From the NCBI GenBank assembly GCA_965223505.1, contig CBDCWP010000037.1:1-20944 (forward strand): a stretch of 20,944 nt of DNA. The letters are read 5' to 3'. How positions within the stretch are numbered: position 1 is the first letter of the stretch; each line of letters starts with the position of its first letter. Below the pieces are notes generated by a model, which ran no database searches, was not told the DNA's origin, and worked only from the letters and a program-made list of their open reading frames with translations. Positions 6,768-15,043 of the stretch are shown in pieces. The translations under genes and the position numbers were made by a program. This DNA is from Planctomycetota bacterium (GTDB lineage: Bacteria > Planctomycetota > PLA2 > JAEUHO01).

Positions 6768-9173
6768 CTACTCGCTCTCCTGATCTCCCTTGCCCTCGCC
6801 CTCCTCGCCCTTGGGCGTCGGCGGCACCCCCTTCATCGCCCAGCCGTCCGATGCCAGGCGCGAGTCGCCTTCGAGGGTCACGGGCCCGCTGCACAGCTTG
6901 CGGATGCGCTTGAGCACCGCCGGGCGGTGCCTGCGAATCCAGTCGACGACCGACTGCGGCGCGCGGACCTCCAGTCCGCCGCGCCCCCGCGAGCGGGCGA
7001 CGCGCGCCTGCATCTCGCGCAGGACCCGCAACCCCAACCCGACGATGTTCCGACGCCGCCCGGTTCCGTGACACTCCACGCACTCGTCGTGCGTGATGCG
7101 CGTGAGCGCCTGGCGAATGCGCTGACGCGACAGGATCATGCAGCCGAACGGCCCCATGCGACCGAGCCGGATGCGGGCGCGGTCCTTGGACAGCGCCTCT
7201 CGCAGCTCCTTCTCGACCTGGTTGCGCGACTTGCGCTCGCGCATGTCGATGAAGTCGATCACGATCAGGCCGCCTCGGTCGCGCAACCGCAGCTGCCGGG
7301 CAATCTCCCCCACCGCCTCCAGGTTCGTCACCAACGCCGTCGACTCCGGATCGGCCTCGTCCGTGAGGCGGCCCGAGTTGACGTCGATCGCGACCAACGC
7401 CTCCGTCGGGTCGATCACGATGGAGCCGCCGGAGGGCAGCCGGATCGAACGCCGAAAGGCGTCCTCGAGCTGCGTCTCGGCGTCGTAGGCATGGAAGAGC
7501 GGCATCGGGTCGGTGTGGATCAACACCTCGGGGATCGCCCGGGCGATGCGCTCCTGCCGTTCGAGCTCGGTCTCGGCGGCTTCGGGGTCCTCGTCGTCAC
7601 CGTTCTCGTCCTCGCCGCCGTCGACGACCTCGATGAAGTCGTCGTCCACGAGACCGGTTTCCAGCACCTCGTCGTCGTCGCCTTCGTCGCGCGCCGCTTC
7701 GAGCTCGCCGAGGGGGGTCTCGGACGCCGCCGCCGCCGCCCGCACGGCGAGGTGTCCGGCCGCTTCCGCCGCCGCCGCCGCGGACGGATACCAGATCCGC
7801 AGGAGTTGGTGGATGCGGCCCGCCGTCTCCTCCTTGTCCACGACGATGCGCGTGGCATCGGCCGGCATGATGTCGCGCACGCTGCGCTCGGCGAGGTCGC
7901 TCTCACCCCGCAGGACACCCGGCGCGTCCGGTTGTTTCGCCCGTGCCTGGATCCGCTCCCACTCGGAGTAGAGCTGGTTCAGATCCGCGGTGAGCGCGGC
8001 GAGATCGGTCGTCTCGCTGGCCGTTCGCACGATGACGCCCATGCCCTCGGGCACTTCGAGCTTTCGGAGCAGCTTGCGCATGCGCTCGCGTTCGGCACCC
8101 TGGGGGATGCGCCGCGAGATCCCGGAACGATTGGTGAACGGCATCAACACGAGATAGCGGCCCGGAAGCGAGATGCGGCCCGTCAGCGCCGGCCCCTTGC
8201 GGCCGACGCCGTCGCGGGTGATCTGGACGATGACCTCGTCGCCGGGCGTGAGCCGGTCCATGACGTCCGCGCTCGGGTCGTCGCCTTCGCGCACCGGCAT
8301 GTCCGACGCGTGCAGGAACCCGGTCAGCCCACGGCCGAGATCCACGAAGGCCGCGCCGATGCCCTGCTCGACGTTCTGGATGCGGCCGCGGTGGATGTTG
8401 CCGGCGGCGCTGCGGTCCTTCGACGCCTCGATGTAGACCTCTTCGAGACGACCGTCGACCAGCAGGGCGATCCGCGCCTCGTCACGATCCTCCGCGTTGA
8501 CCAGCAGGATCTTCTCGGAGTCGTCGTCGCCGAGCGACTCCGGCGCCGGCACGATGTCGATCGCGCGCGGGTCGCGCCGGCGGTCCCGACCGAAGCGGCC
8601 GCGCCGGTCGTCCCTCCGAGAGCGGCCGCGCTTGCGCTCGTCGCCGTCGCGCTTGTCCTTCTTCTTCGAACGGGACTTCGCGCGCTTCTTCTTCCGGCCC
8701 TTCTCGTCGTCGCGCCCGCGTTTCCTGCGCCCCTTCTTCGGCGGGGCGTCCTCGGGCTGGGCGTCCGGGTCGGGCGCCTCGAAGTCCGGTTCCTCCGCGA
8801 TGTCGGCCGCGCGGGGCTTGCGCGCACGTGAGCGCTTGCGCTTCTTGCGCGGCGCGCGCTCGGCGTCTTCCTCAGTCCGCGACTCGGCGCCCTCGGCGGC
8901 GCTGGAGCGGCGACGTGCACGCTTGCGCTTGCGCTTCTTCTTGGGACGGGGCGCCTCCCCCTCGATCGGCGGCGGATCGAGGAAGGCGCCCGCCTCCTCG
9001 CCTCCCGCGACGTCGTCGGTCGCGGGTCGGCGTGCGGCGCGCTTGCGCCGCCGCGGACGCCGCTTGCGCGGCGAAGCCGTGTCGTGGTTGTCGTCGGAGG
9101 CGGCGCCGGCCGAGCGCGAGCCCTCTTCGGGCTCGGCATCGGCGGCATCGGCCGCGAAGTCGTCGGGTTGCAT
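6768..9173 (-). CDS. rne: Ribonuclease E/G family protein with long N-terminal low-complexity region and internal acidic insertion
   Basis: S1 region (GNIHRGRI..AAFVDLG..GFLH), KGPALT..ISLPGRYLV, VIVRTAS, AIDVNSG, RQLRLRD.GGLIVIDFIDM, Zn-link CVECHGTG. Confidence 0.95.
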   Translation of the reverse strand: MQPDDFAADAADAEPEEGSRSAGAASDDNHDTASPRKRRPRRRKRAARRPATDDVAGGEEAGAFLDPPPIEGEAPRPKKKRKRKRARRRSSAAEGAESRTEEDAERAPRKKRKRSRARKPRAADIAEEPDFEAPDPDAQPEDAPPKKGRRKRGRDDEKGRKKKRAKSRSKKKDKRDGDERKRGRSRRDDRRGRFGRDRRRDPRAIDIVPAPESLGDDDSEKILLVNAEDRDEARIALLVDGRLEEVYIEASKDRSAAGNIHRGRIQNVEQGIGAAFVDLGRGLTGFLHASDMPVREGDDPSADVMDRLTPGDEVIVQITRDGVGRKGPALTGRISLPGRYLVLMPFTNRSGISRRIPQGAERERMRKLLRKLEVPEGMGVIVRTASETTDLAALTADLNQLYSEWERIQARAKQPDAPGVLRGESDLAERSVRDIMPADATRIVVDKEETAGRIHQLLRIWYPSAAAAAEAAGHLAVRAAAAASETPLGELEAARDEGDDDEVLETGLVDDDFIEVVDGGEDENGDDEDPEAAETELERQERIARAIPEVLIHTDPMPLFHAYDAETQLEDAFRRSIRLPSGGSIVIDPTEALVAIDVNSGRLTDEADPESTALVTNLEAVGEIARQLRLRDRGGLIVIDFIDMRERKSRNQVEKELREALSKDRARIRLGRMGPFGCMILSRQRIRQALTRITHDECVECHGTGRRRNIVGLGLRVLREMQARVARSRGRGGLEVRAPQSVVDWIRRHRPAVLKRIRKLCSGPVTLEGDSRLASDGWAMKGVPPTPKGEEGEGKGDQESE

Positions 9174-9333
9174 TGCCGGAGGTTTCCCCCCGGGCGGAGA
9201 CCACAGCGCAGCGGGCGCCTATCGAGGCCCGCGCGTCAGCAGCGTTCCGTTCCGGAGCTTGTTGAACCTGGTTGTCGTACCGATCGGCCCGGCGAACCGT
9301 CTGCCGATCACGTGGACTCCAGGCGCTCCCTCT

Positions 9334-11280
9334 CTACCGACCCGGCGCGACCGGCAAGCCCTCGCCGTTCCCGTCGGGCTTGATGCTCTCGCCCTGACCG
9401 GGATAACGAACGGCTTGACCTTCGAGGTCGCTGTATTCCGTCGCCGCCTGCTCGGCCCGACCCATCAGCTCGTCGCTGATGACGCAGTTCGTCGCGTCGG
9501 TGCCATGCAGGATGCGAGTGGTAATCGTGATGAGCAGATGCTCCTTGACGGTCGAGCTGTTCTTGCCCTGGAACAGCAGACCTGCAACGGGCAGATCTCC
9601 GAAGAACGGAACCTTGTCCACCGTCTCGATCTCGCGATCTTCCATCAGACCACCAATCACAGCCATCTGACGATGGTTGAGGATCATGTGGGTGACGAGT
9701 GTGTTGGACTGAACACGGGGCAGATCGATGGAGTTGGCCCCGACGGTGAAACGATCGAACCCCGGAAGGTTGCTCGTGTTGCCCGTCAGCGTTCGACGCT
9801 GCGGGATCACCGTCATCATGATCTTCTGCTCACCCGGGATCACGTGAGGGATCACCAGGAGTTGAAAGCCTACGTTGACGGGACTGTTCGGGTCCTCCTC
9901 GATCGCGAACTCGAGCCCGCCATTTTGGTTGGTCGTCGCTGTGCTTCTCGCGTAGCGGATCGACTCACCAATGAAAATCGTTGCCTCTTGGTTGTCGAGT
10001 GCCAACAGCTTGGGCGCCTGCACGATCCGCGACGAGGTGTCGCGCTGCAGGAAGCTGTACAGCAGGTTGATCTGGTTGAAGTCCAGCGCCCCGTAGCTGA
10101 ACGAGCCGGAGGGCACGGGAGAGAAGCTGGTGCCGGTGATGCTGTTCTCGAGACCACCGGGGCTGCCGACGGCGAACGGGAGCATGTGCACGATGTCGGA
10201 ACCCGTGAAGTTCATCCCGAAGCCGGTGCTCGGCGGCTTGAGGCCGAGCTCGATGACGTCGTTGTTCGACGTGACGATGAAGTTCATGTCGATGAAGACC
10301 TGCGGCGGCTCCACGTCGACGGACTTCACGATCGACTTGAGCTCGCGCAGGCGCGGACGCGTGCCGCTGTAGATGATCAGGTTCTGGACGGGCACGTACG
10401 TGACCGAGCCGTTCTCGCCGACGACGTTGCGAAGCGCCGCGACGATGGGGAACAGCTCTTCCTGATCGGCGGGGTTGTCGGTCGGGACGTACGCGTTGCC
10501 GACGACGATGTCGCCGCCGCCGCTGCCGCCGCTCGTGCCGCTCGTGCCGCCGCTCGTGCCGCCGCCGGTGCCGCCGCTCGTGCCGCCCGTGTTCCCGCCG
10601 CTGGAGATGACGCCCTTGTAGGGCGCCGGCGGACGCAGGTACCGGAAGCGGTAGTAGCCGCTCTCGGTCTCGAGCTTGTCGAGCGCGACGACGCGCAGGA
10701 TGCCGTACTCCTCCTCGACGAGCGCGTAGCCGGCGGCCTTGACCGCCTGCTTCAGCGCCTCTCGCCAAGGCGTGTTGTTCAAGACCATCGTCACGCTGCC
10801 GGTGATCTCCGACGGAATGACGACGTTGGCGCCGGCGAAGTCGACGATGTTCTTGACGACTTCCTTGATGTCCTCGTTCGTGAACGTGTACGTGAAGGGA
10901 CGCGGACGCTCGATCTTGATGAGTCTGTCCGCTTCGCGGATGAACACGCCGCCGATGTTCTCGGTCATGCCCGCGAGGACGTGCAACCAGTGAAGCTCGA
11001 CCGCGCGGAGCGTAACCAGCTGCTCCGCTGCCTCGGGCGACACGAAGATGTTCACGCGTGTCGCGGCCTGGATCTTCTCGCGAATGACGTCGCCGAAGCG
11101 CGCGTCCTGTACGTCGAGACTGACACGGCCGTCACCGATGTCGTACTGCCGGTAGGCATCGGGGTCGACGTCGTCCTTCGCGTTGGCCCAATCCCCGCCC
11201 CCGACGATCAGCATCGCCGTCAGGCAGAAAACGAAACATGCGGCGAACGCCCGGACGAACGGGAAACGAACACGGTCCAT
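9334..11280 (-). CDS. pilQ: Outer-membrane secretin (PilQ/GspD family), 648 aa
   Basis: Signal-peptide-like N-terminus after a GGGAGG RBS, N0/STN-like segments, PPQVFID, QAPKLLALDNQEATI, secretin signature KVPFFGDLPVAGLLF. Follows pilMNO, so the pilQ symbol is positional. Confidence 0.88.
   Translation of the reverse strand: MDRVRFPFVRAFAACFVFCLTAMLIVGGGDWANAKDDVDPDAYRQYDIGDGRVSLDVQDARFGDVIREKIQAATRVNIFVSPEAAEQLVTLRAVELHWLHVLAGMTENIGGVFIREADRLIKIERPRPFTYTFTNEDIKEVVKNIVDFAGANVVIPSEITGSVTMVLNNTPWREALKQAVKAAGYALVEEEYGILRVVALDKLETESGYYRFRYLRPPAPYKGVISSGGNTGGTSGGTGGGTSGGTSGTSGGSGGGDIVVGNAYVPTDNPADQEELFPIVAALRNVVGENGSVTYVPVQNLIIYSGTRPRLRELKSIVKSVDVEPPQVFIDMNFIVTSNNDVIELGLKPPSTGFGMNFTGSDIVHMLPFAVGSPGGLENSITGTSFSPVPSGSFSYGALDFNQINLLYSFLQRDTSSRIVQAPKLLALDNQEATIFIGESIRYARSTATTNQNGGLEFAIEEDPNSPVNVGFQLLVIPHVIPGEQKIMMTVIPQRRTLTGNTSNLPGFDRFTVGANSIDLPRVQSNTLVTHMILNHRQMAVIGGLMEDREIETVDKVPFFGDLPVAGLLFQGKNSSTVKEHLLITITTRILHGTDATNCVISDELMGRAEQAATEYSDLEGQAVRYPGQGESIKPDGNGEGLPVAPGR
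10513..10606 (-). repeat. Imperfect in-frame 9-12 bp repeats encoding a Gly/Thr/Ser linker in the secretin
   Basis: GCCGCCGCTCGT-type units encoding SSGGNTGGTSGGTGGGTSGGTSGTSGGSGGG. Confidence 0.8.
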
Positions 11281-11598
11281 CTGATCTGCCCTCCCATGCA
11301 AGGCCGACATGTTGACGTTCCGCAACGCGGAAGGCCCCCCTCGGCGACCTCTACGGCAAACGGTTCGGTCGGCCGTCCTTCGAAGTAAAGCCCAACCTCG
11401 GTTCTCGGCCAAGGCCCCGCGCCGCCTGTTGGGGCCCGCTAGGCCTTTTTCTCGTCTCCGGAGCACCCGGCCGGTGACGGAACGGAGACAAAGGGGGTCA
11501 GGACCCCTGCCTGGGACCTCGATCACGCCCGGGAGGGACTTTCGACTAGTCCGTGGGAGCACGTCGTCGATGCGCGCGGATGGGGAGCGCTTCGACGC

Positions 11599-13077
11599 CT
11601 ATTTGTTGACGGCGCGGACCTTGGTGTCGCCACCGGCCGAGCCGACGGCGGGCACGCGAATCGTCTCGTCGCGGTACTCGAAGTAGACCCACGACTTGGT
11701 GATGCGCCCGACGACGACGTCGCCGGTTTCGTTGAGCTTGTCGCCCATGCGCAGGGTGCCGTGGTTCGTCAGCGCGATGCTGCGGCGCGGATTGTCCGGA
11801 TCGATGATCGTGCCGCGAACGTGCACGGCCATGGCCTGGAACTCCGAGTGCGTCTTCGCCTTGGTCTTCAGATTCCGAATCTGCTCGAGCACCGGGCGCG
11901 CGCCTGCGCCGATCTGCTTGTCGTGCAGGTACGCGGTCCATGCCGAGATCATGCTGCTCATCTCGGTGTAGGCACCCTCTTCGAAGAGCTTGAGGAGCTC
12001 GGCATACTGCTTCTCCGCGATGGGGCGCGTCACTGTCGTTTGACGATGCGGGCGGCGCGCCATCGCGGCCTCGAGATCGGCCTCGACGGTTTGCACCTTC
12101 ACCTGCAGCTCGGGAATCAACACGCTCTTCATCTCGATTACTTGCGAGATGCGCGCGCGCAGCTCGTTGGACAGGCGGTCGATGTCGCGTCCCACCTTGT
12201 CGGCGCGGAACACGTCACCGGCCTTGATCAACGCCTTCTCTTGCTCCATGAGCTCGGCGATGCCCCGGTTCGCCTCTTCCACCTCGACGACGATCTCGTC
12301 TTCGCGACGGTACTGGTCTTCGATCTCCTTGGGATCGGCGCGGACGCGCTCCTTGCGCGGATCGACGAGCGCGTCACGACGGCTGGCCGAAGGACGCAAC
12401 ACGTAGCTGTCCGGCCGCTCCGGCTGGAACTCCGCGATGGCCGCCTTCAGGCTCTCTTCCTGCAGACGCCGCTCTTCGCCCGGGATGTGGACGCGCTGGA
12501 AGCCGCCGCTCGCACTCGGGTTGTAGAAGTACGTCGCGAGCACGAGCTCCACGTCGTGTCGAACCGGCGCATTGCGGTTCTCGGGGTCACGCCGCCCGGC
12601 CGAGATCTCGAAGCCCTTCACGGCGATCAGGCGCGGGTCGTTCTCGACCATGTTGATGAACTTGAGGATCTGCGCGGCATCACCGCGGCACGTGAGCTTC
12701 GTACGCGTCTCGAAGATGCCTTTGGCGAGCTCGCTCTCGTTGGGGCTGCTCTCGGGCGCTTCGAGGAAACTCATGCCGGACGACGTGAAGAACGTCGAGA
12801 TGTTGCGGTGGAAGTCCGAGATCTTCTGCACGGACGGCAGGACCGCGACTTCGCGCTCTTCGACCGCGCGGAACACGAGAACCTTTTCTTCCCGTTTCTT
12901 GGTCTTGCGAATCTCGACGTTCGCGGCCTCGATGTGGGTCTCGATGGTGGCGATCTCTTCCTCGAGCGCGTCGATCTCGGATCGATCGTTCAGGACGAGC
13001 GCGACGAGGCCGCCGGTCAGCAGGACCGTGACCCCGATCGTCAGCACCATCAGCTGCTTCTCACTGAGCTTGGACAC
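11599..13077 (-). CDS. pilO: Extended PilO-like protein (492 aa) with helical middle and PilP/GspC-HR-like C-terminus
   Basis: Follows pilM-pilN. N-terminal LSEKQ + TM helix + coiled coil, then ILKFINMVENDPRLIAV, similar to the PilO F...VE..PRI motif. More than twice the usual PilO length. GTG start. Confidence 0.7.
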   Translation of the reverse strand: MSKLSEKQLMVLTIGVTVLLTGGLVALVLNDRSEIDALEEEIATIETHIEAANVEIRKTKKREEKVLVFRAVEEREVAVLPSVQKISDFHRNISTFFTSSGMSFLEAPESSPNESELAKGIFETRTKLTCRGDAAQILKFINMVENDPRLIAVKGFEISAGRRDPENRNAPVRHDVELVLATYFYNPSASGGFQRVHIPGEERRLQEESLKAAIAEFQPERPDSYVLRPSASRRDALVDPRKERVRADPKEIEDQYRREDEIVVEVEEANRGIAELMEQEKALIKAGDVFRADKVGRDIDRLSNELRARISQVIEMKSVLIPELQVKVQTVEADLEAAMARRPHRQTTVTRPIAEKQYAELLKLFEEGAYTEMSSMISAWTAYLHDKQIGAGARPVLEQIRNLKTKAKTHSEFQAMAVHVRGTIIDPDNPRRSIALTNHGTLRMGDKLNETGDVVVGRITKSWVYFEYRDETIRVPAVGSAGGDTKVRAVNK

Positions 13078-13087
13078 GGCGCTCTCC

Positions 13088-13813
13088 CTACTTCTTCTTC
13101 TTCTTGGTCGCGACGGGCTTCAGCCTCAGCTCGACCTTGAAGGAACCGACCACCGGCGGGACGAGCTCGAGCTCGCCTTCGCGCGTCTTGGAGTTGATGA
13201 TCTCGACGTTGGGGTTCGTGATGTACATGAAGTCGCGATAGAAGTCGGTCGGCTCGCCGGTCGACTCGGGATCGCCGGTGAGCGCGTTGTGGAAGGCGCT
13301 GCCGAGGGCGAGCGCTTCCTGGTCGTTCTCCATGGCCATGAATCCCTCGAACTTGAACTCGCCTGCCGACTCCTCGACACCCTTCTTCCTGCGTGCCCGG
13401 CGGCGCGTGCGTCCCGTGTTCAGCTGGGTGGGCACCTCGATCGTGTCGAGCCAGACCTTGTACGCGTCCTCGTTGGCCTGCCCGGTGACGATGTCGAAGA
13501 ACTGATCCAGCTTGCGCGACCACAAGGTGCGCGAGCGGTTGATCGTCTGAATCGCGTCACGGCGCTTCTCGTAGACGGAGATCTCGCGCTCGAGCGCCAG
13601 CGAGCGGTCTCGCTGCATCTCCTTCGCGCGGCGTTCCTCTTCGCGCGCTTCCTTGAGCTCCTTGACCTTCGCGAGCTCGATGAAGTGCGTGTAGGCGTAG
13701 GCGCCGCCGGCGCTCGCGATCAGGATGACGCCCGCAACGATCGCGACGAATCGCGCGACGGGCGTGCCGGACCGGGGTCGGTACTCGGGGGGTAGCAGAT
13801 TGATCTGAATCAT
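13088..13813 (-). CDS. pilN: Type IV pilus alignment protein PilN
   Basis: N-terminal INLLP PilM-binding motif, TM helix, coiled coil, VWLDTI; directly after pilM. Confidence 0.9.
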   Translation of the reverse strand: MIQINLLPPEYRPRSGTPVARFVAIVAGVILIASAGGAYAYTHFIELAKVKELKEAREEERRAKEMQRDRSLALEREISVYEKRRDAIQTINRSRTLWSRKLDQFFDIVTGQANEDAYKVWLDTIEVPTQLNTGRTRRRARRKKGVEESAGEFKFEGFMAMENDQEALALGSAFHNALTGDPESTGEPTDFYRDFMYITNPNVEIINSKTREGELELVPPVVGSFKVELRLKPVATKKKKK

Positions 13814-13822
13814 GATGCCGCG

Positions 13823-14842
13823 TTACCTCTTGATGCGCGAAGCGAGGCCGACGGCGACCGCCAGCTCACCCACGTGCTCCTGCAAATGCTGCATGTCCAC
13901 GCTGTCGGCGATGTCCATGTCGCCGGTCGGGTCCCAATACGCGGTGGGACGATCGAAGATCCGTCCCAGGTCCCGGTCGAGGCTCGGCAAGCGCGCGCCG
14001 CCACCGGACAACAGGACCTCGTCGATACCGAGGTCGAACTGGTTCTCGAAGTACTCGAACGAAAGGCGCACCTCGGCTGCGAGGTCGTCGACGGCCGGCG
14101 TCACCGCCTGGCGCACGCGCTCCTCGTCGTCGCCGGGGCGGCGTTTCAGGCTCTCGGCCTCGTTGAGGTTGATTCCAAGGCGGTTCGAGATCGCGTTGCT
14201 GAACGTCGCGCCGCCCGTGTGAATCTCGCGCGTGAACAGCGATGAGCCGGCCCGCACGAGGTTGACGCAGGTCTTGTGGGCGCCGACGTCCACGAGCGCG
14301 GAGACGCGGCCCGCGACCTCCGAGCCGCGGTGCACGGCCGTCTCGAACGCATTGCCGATCGCGAAGACGTCGACGTCGACGATCTCCGGATGCAGGCCGG
14401 CCGAGGCGAGGATGCGCAGCTGCTCGTCGATGATCGCGCGCTTGCACGCCACCAGAAGGACCCGCATCTCGTTCGCGGCCAGGTCTCCCAGGCCGTCGGC
14501 CTCGAAGGGCTGGCAGTCGAGCACGACCTCTTCGACGTCGAAGGGGATGTACTTGTCCGCTTCGTATCGAATCGCGTTGCGCAGGTCGTCGCCGGCCATG
14601 CGGAACATCGTCAGATAGCGAACGATGACCGCCTTGCCGGACACCGATGTCACGACGCGGCGGGAGTGGAATTCGTTGTCGCGCAGAACGCGCAGGACCG
14701 TCTCGGGAACGGCGTCGGGGCTCGGGAGCTCGGCGTAGCCGAAGCCGGAGATGACCGGCTTGTTGCTCCAAGTGAGCTCGACCGCCTTGACGGCGTGGGT
14801 CCCGATGTCGAGTCCGATCAGGCTTTTTACCTTCCGCAGCAT
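13823..14842 (-). CDS. pilM: Type IV pilus assembly protein PilM (actin-like)
   Basis: IGLDIGT..VKAVEL, EADKYIPF....V.LD, VDVDVFA, LVDVGA, LLSGGGA, AVAVGLA.R. Confidence 0.95.
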   Translation of the reverse strand: MLRKVKSLIGLDIGTHAVKAVELTWSNKPVISGFGYAELPSPDAVPETVLRVLRDNEFHSRRVVTSVSGKAVIVRYLTMFRMAGDDLRNAIRYEADKYIPFDVEEVVLDCQPFEADGLGDLAANEMRVLLVACKRAIIDEQLRILASAGLHPEIVDVDVFAIGNAFETAVHRGSEVAGRVSALVDVGAHKTCVNLVRAGSSLFTREIHTGGATFSNAISNRLGINLNEAESLKRRPGDDEERVRQAVTPAVDDLAAEVRLSFEYFENQFDLGIDEVLLSGGGARLPSLDRDLGRIFDRPTAYWDPTGDMDIADSVDMQHLQEHVGELAVAVGLASRIKR

Positions 14843-15043
14843 GGCGCCCTCGGGGTGGTTCGGGCCTCCCGGCATTGGGAAGCCGGACCCCTTTCGACGC
14901 GCCGAAGGGGCCATCTTGAGCCCCATCCGGCCCCAACGTCGATTTCCGTGGACATGAAGCCGCGCGGACTACGTTCACACTGACCGGTCGGGCCCAAAGC
15001 CGCTGCCGCGGCCCTCGCGCGGGGGACTGCTCGTCTCGAGCAG

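Noticed and set aside
6195..11388. Very long plus-strand ORFs (878 aa at 6195..8831, 963 aa at 8497..11388) and other plus-strand ORFs throughout
   Set aside because: They are antisense shadows of well-supported minus-strand genes, expected in high-GC DNA, and show no recognisable motifs.
11340..11420. c-di-GMP-I riboswitch-like GGCAAAC start upstream of the secretin
   Set aside because: It is on the wrong strand for the gene and lacks the GAAA tetraloop stem and GCAAAGC-type continuation.
11281..11562. 94-aa N-terminal extension of the secretin given by the ORF track
   Set aside because: ATG at 11280 has a good RBS and is followed directly by a signal-peptide-like sequence; the extension looks non-coding.
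3497..15043. Sigma-54 -24/-12 promoters upstream of the pilus genes
   Set aside because: No correctly spaced TGGCAC-N5-TTGC-like site was found by eye in the intergenic regions; near matches have the wrong GG-GC spacing. A PWM scan would be decisive.
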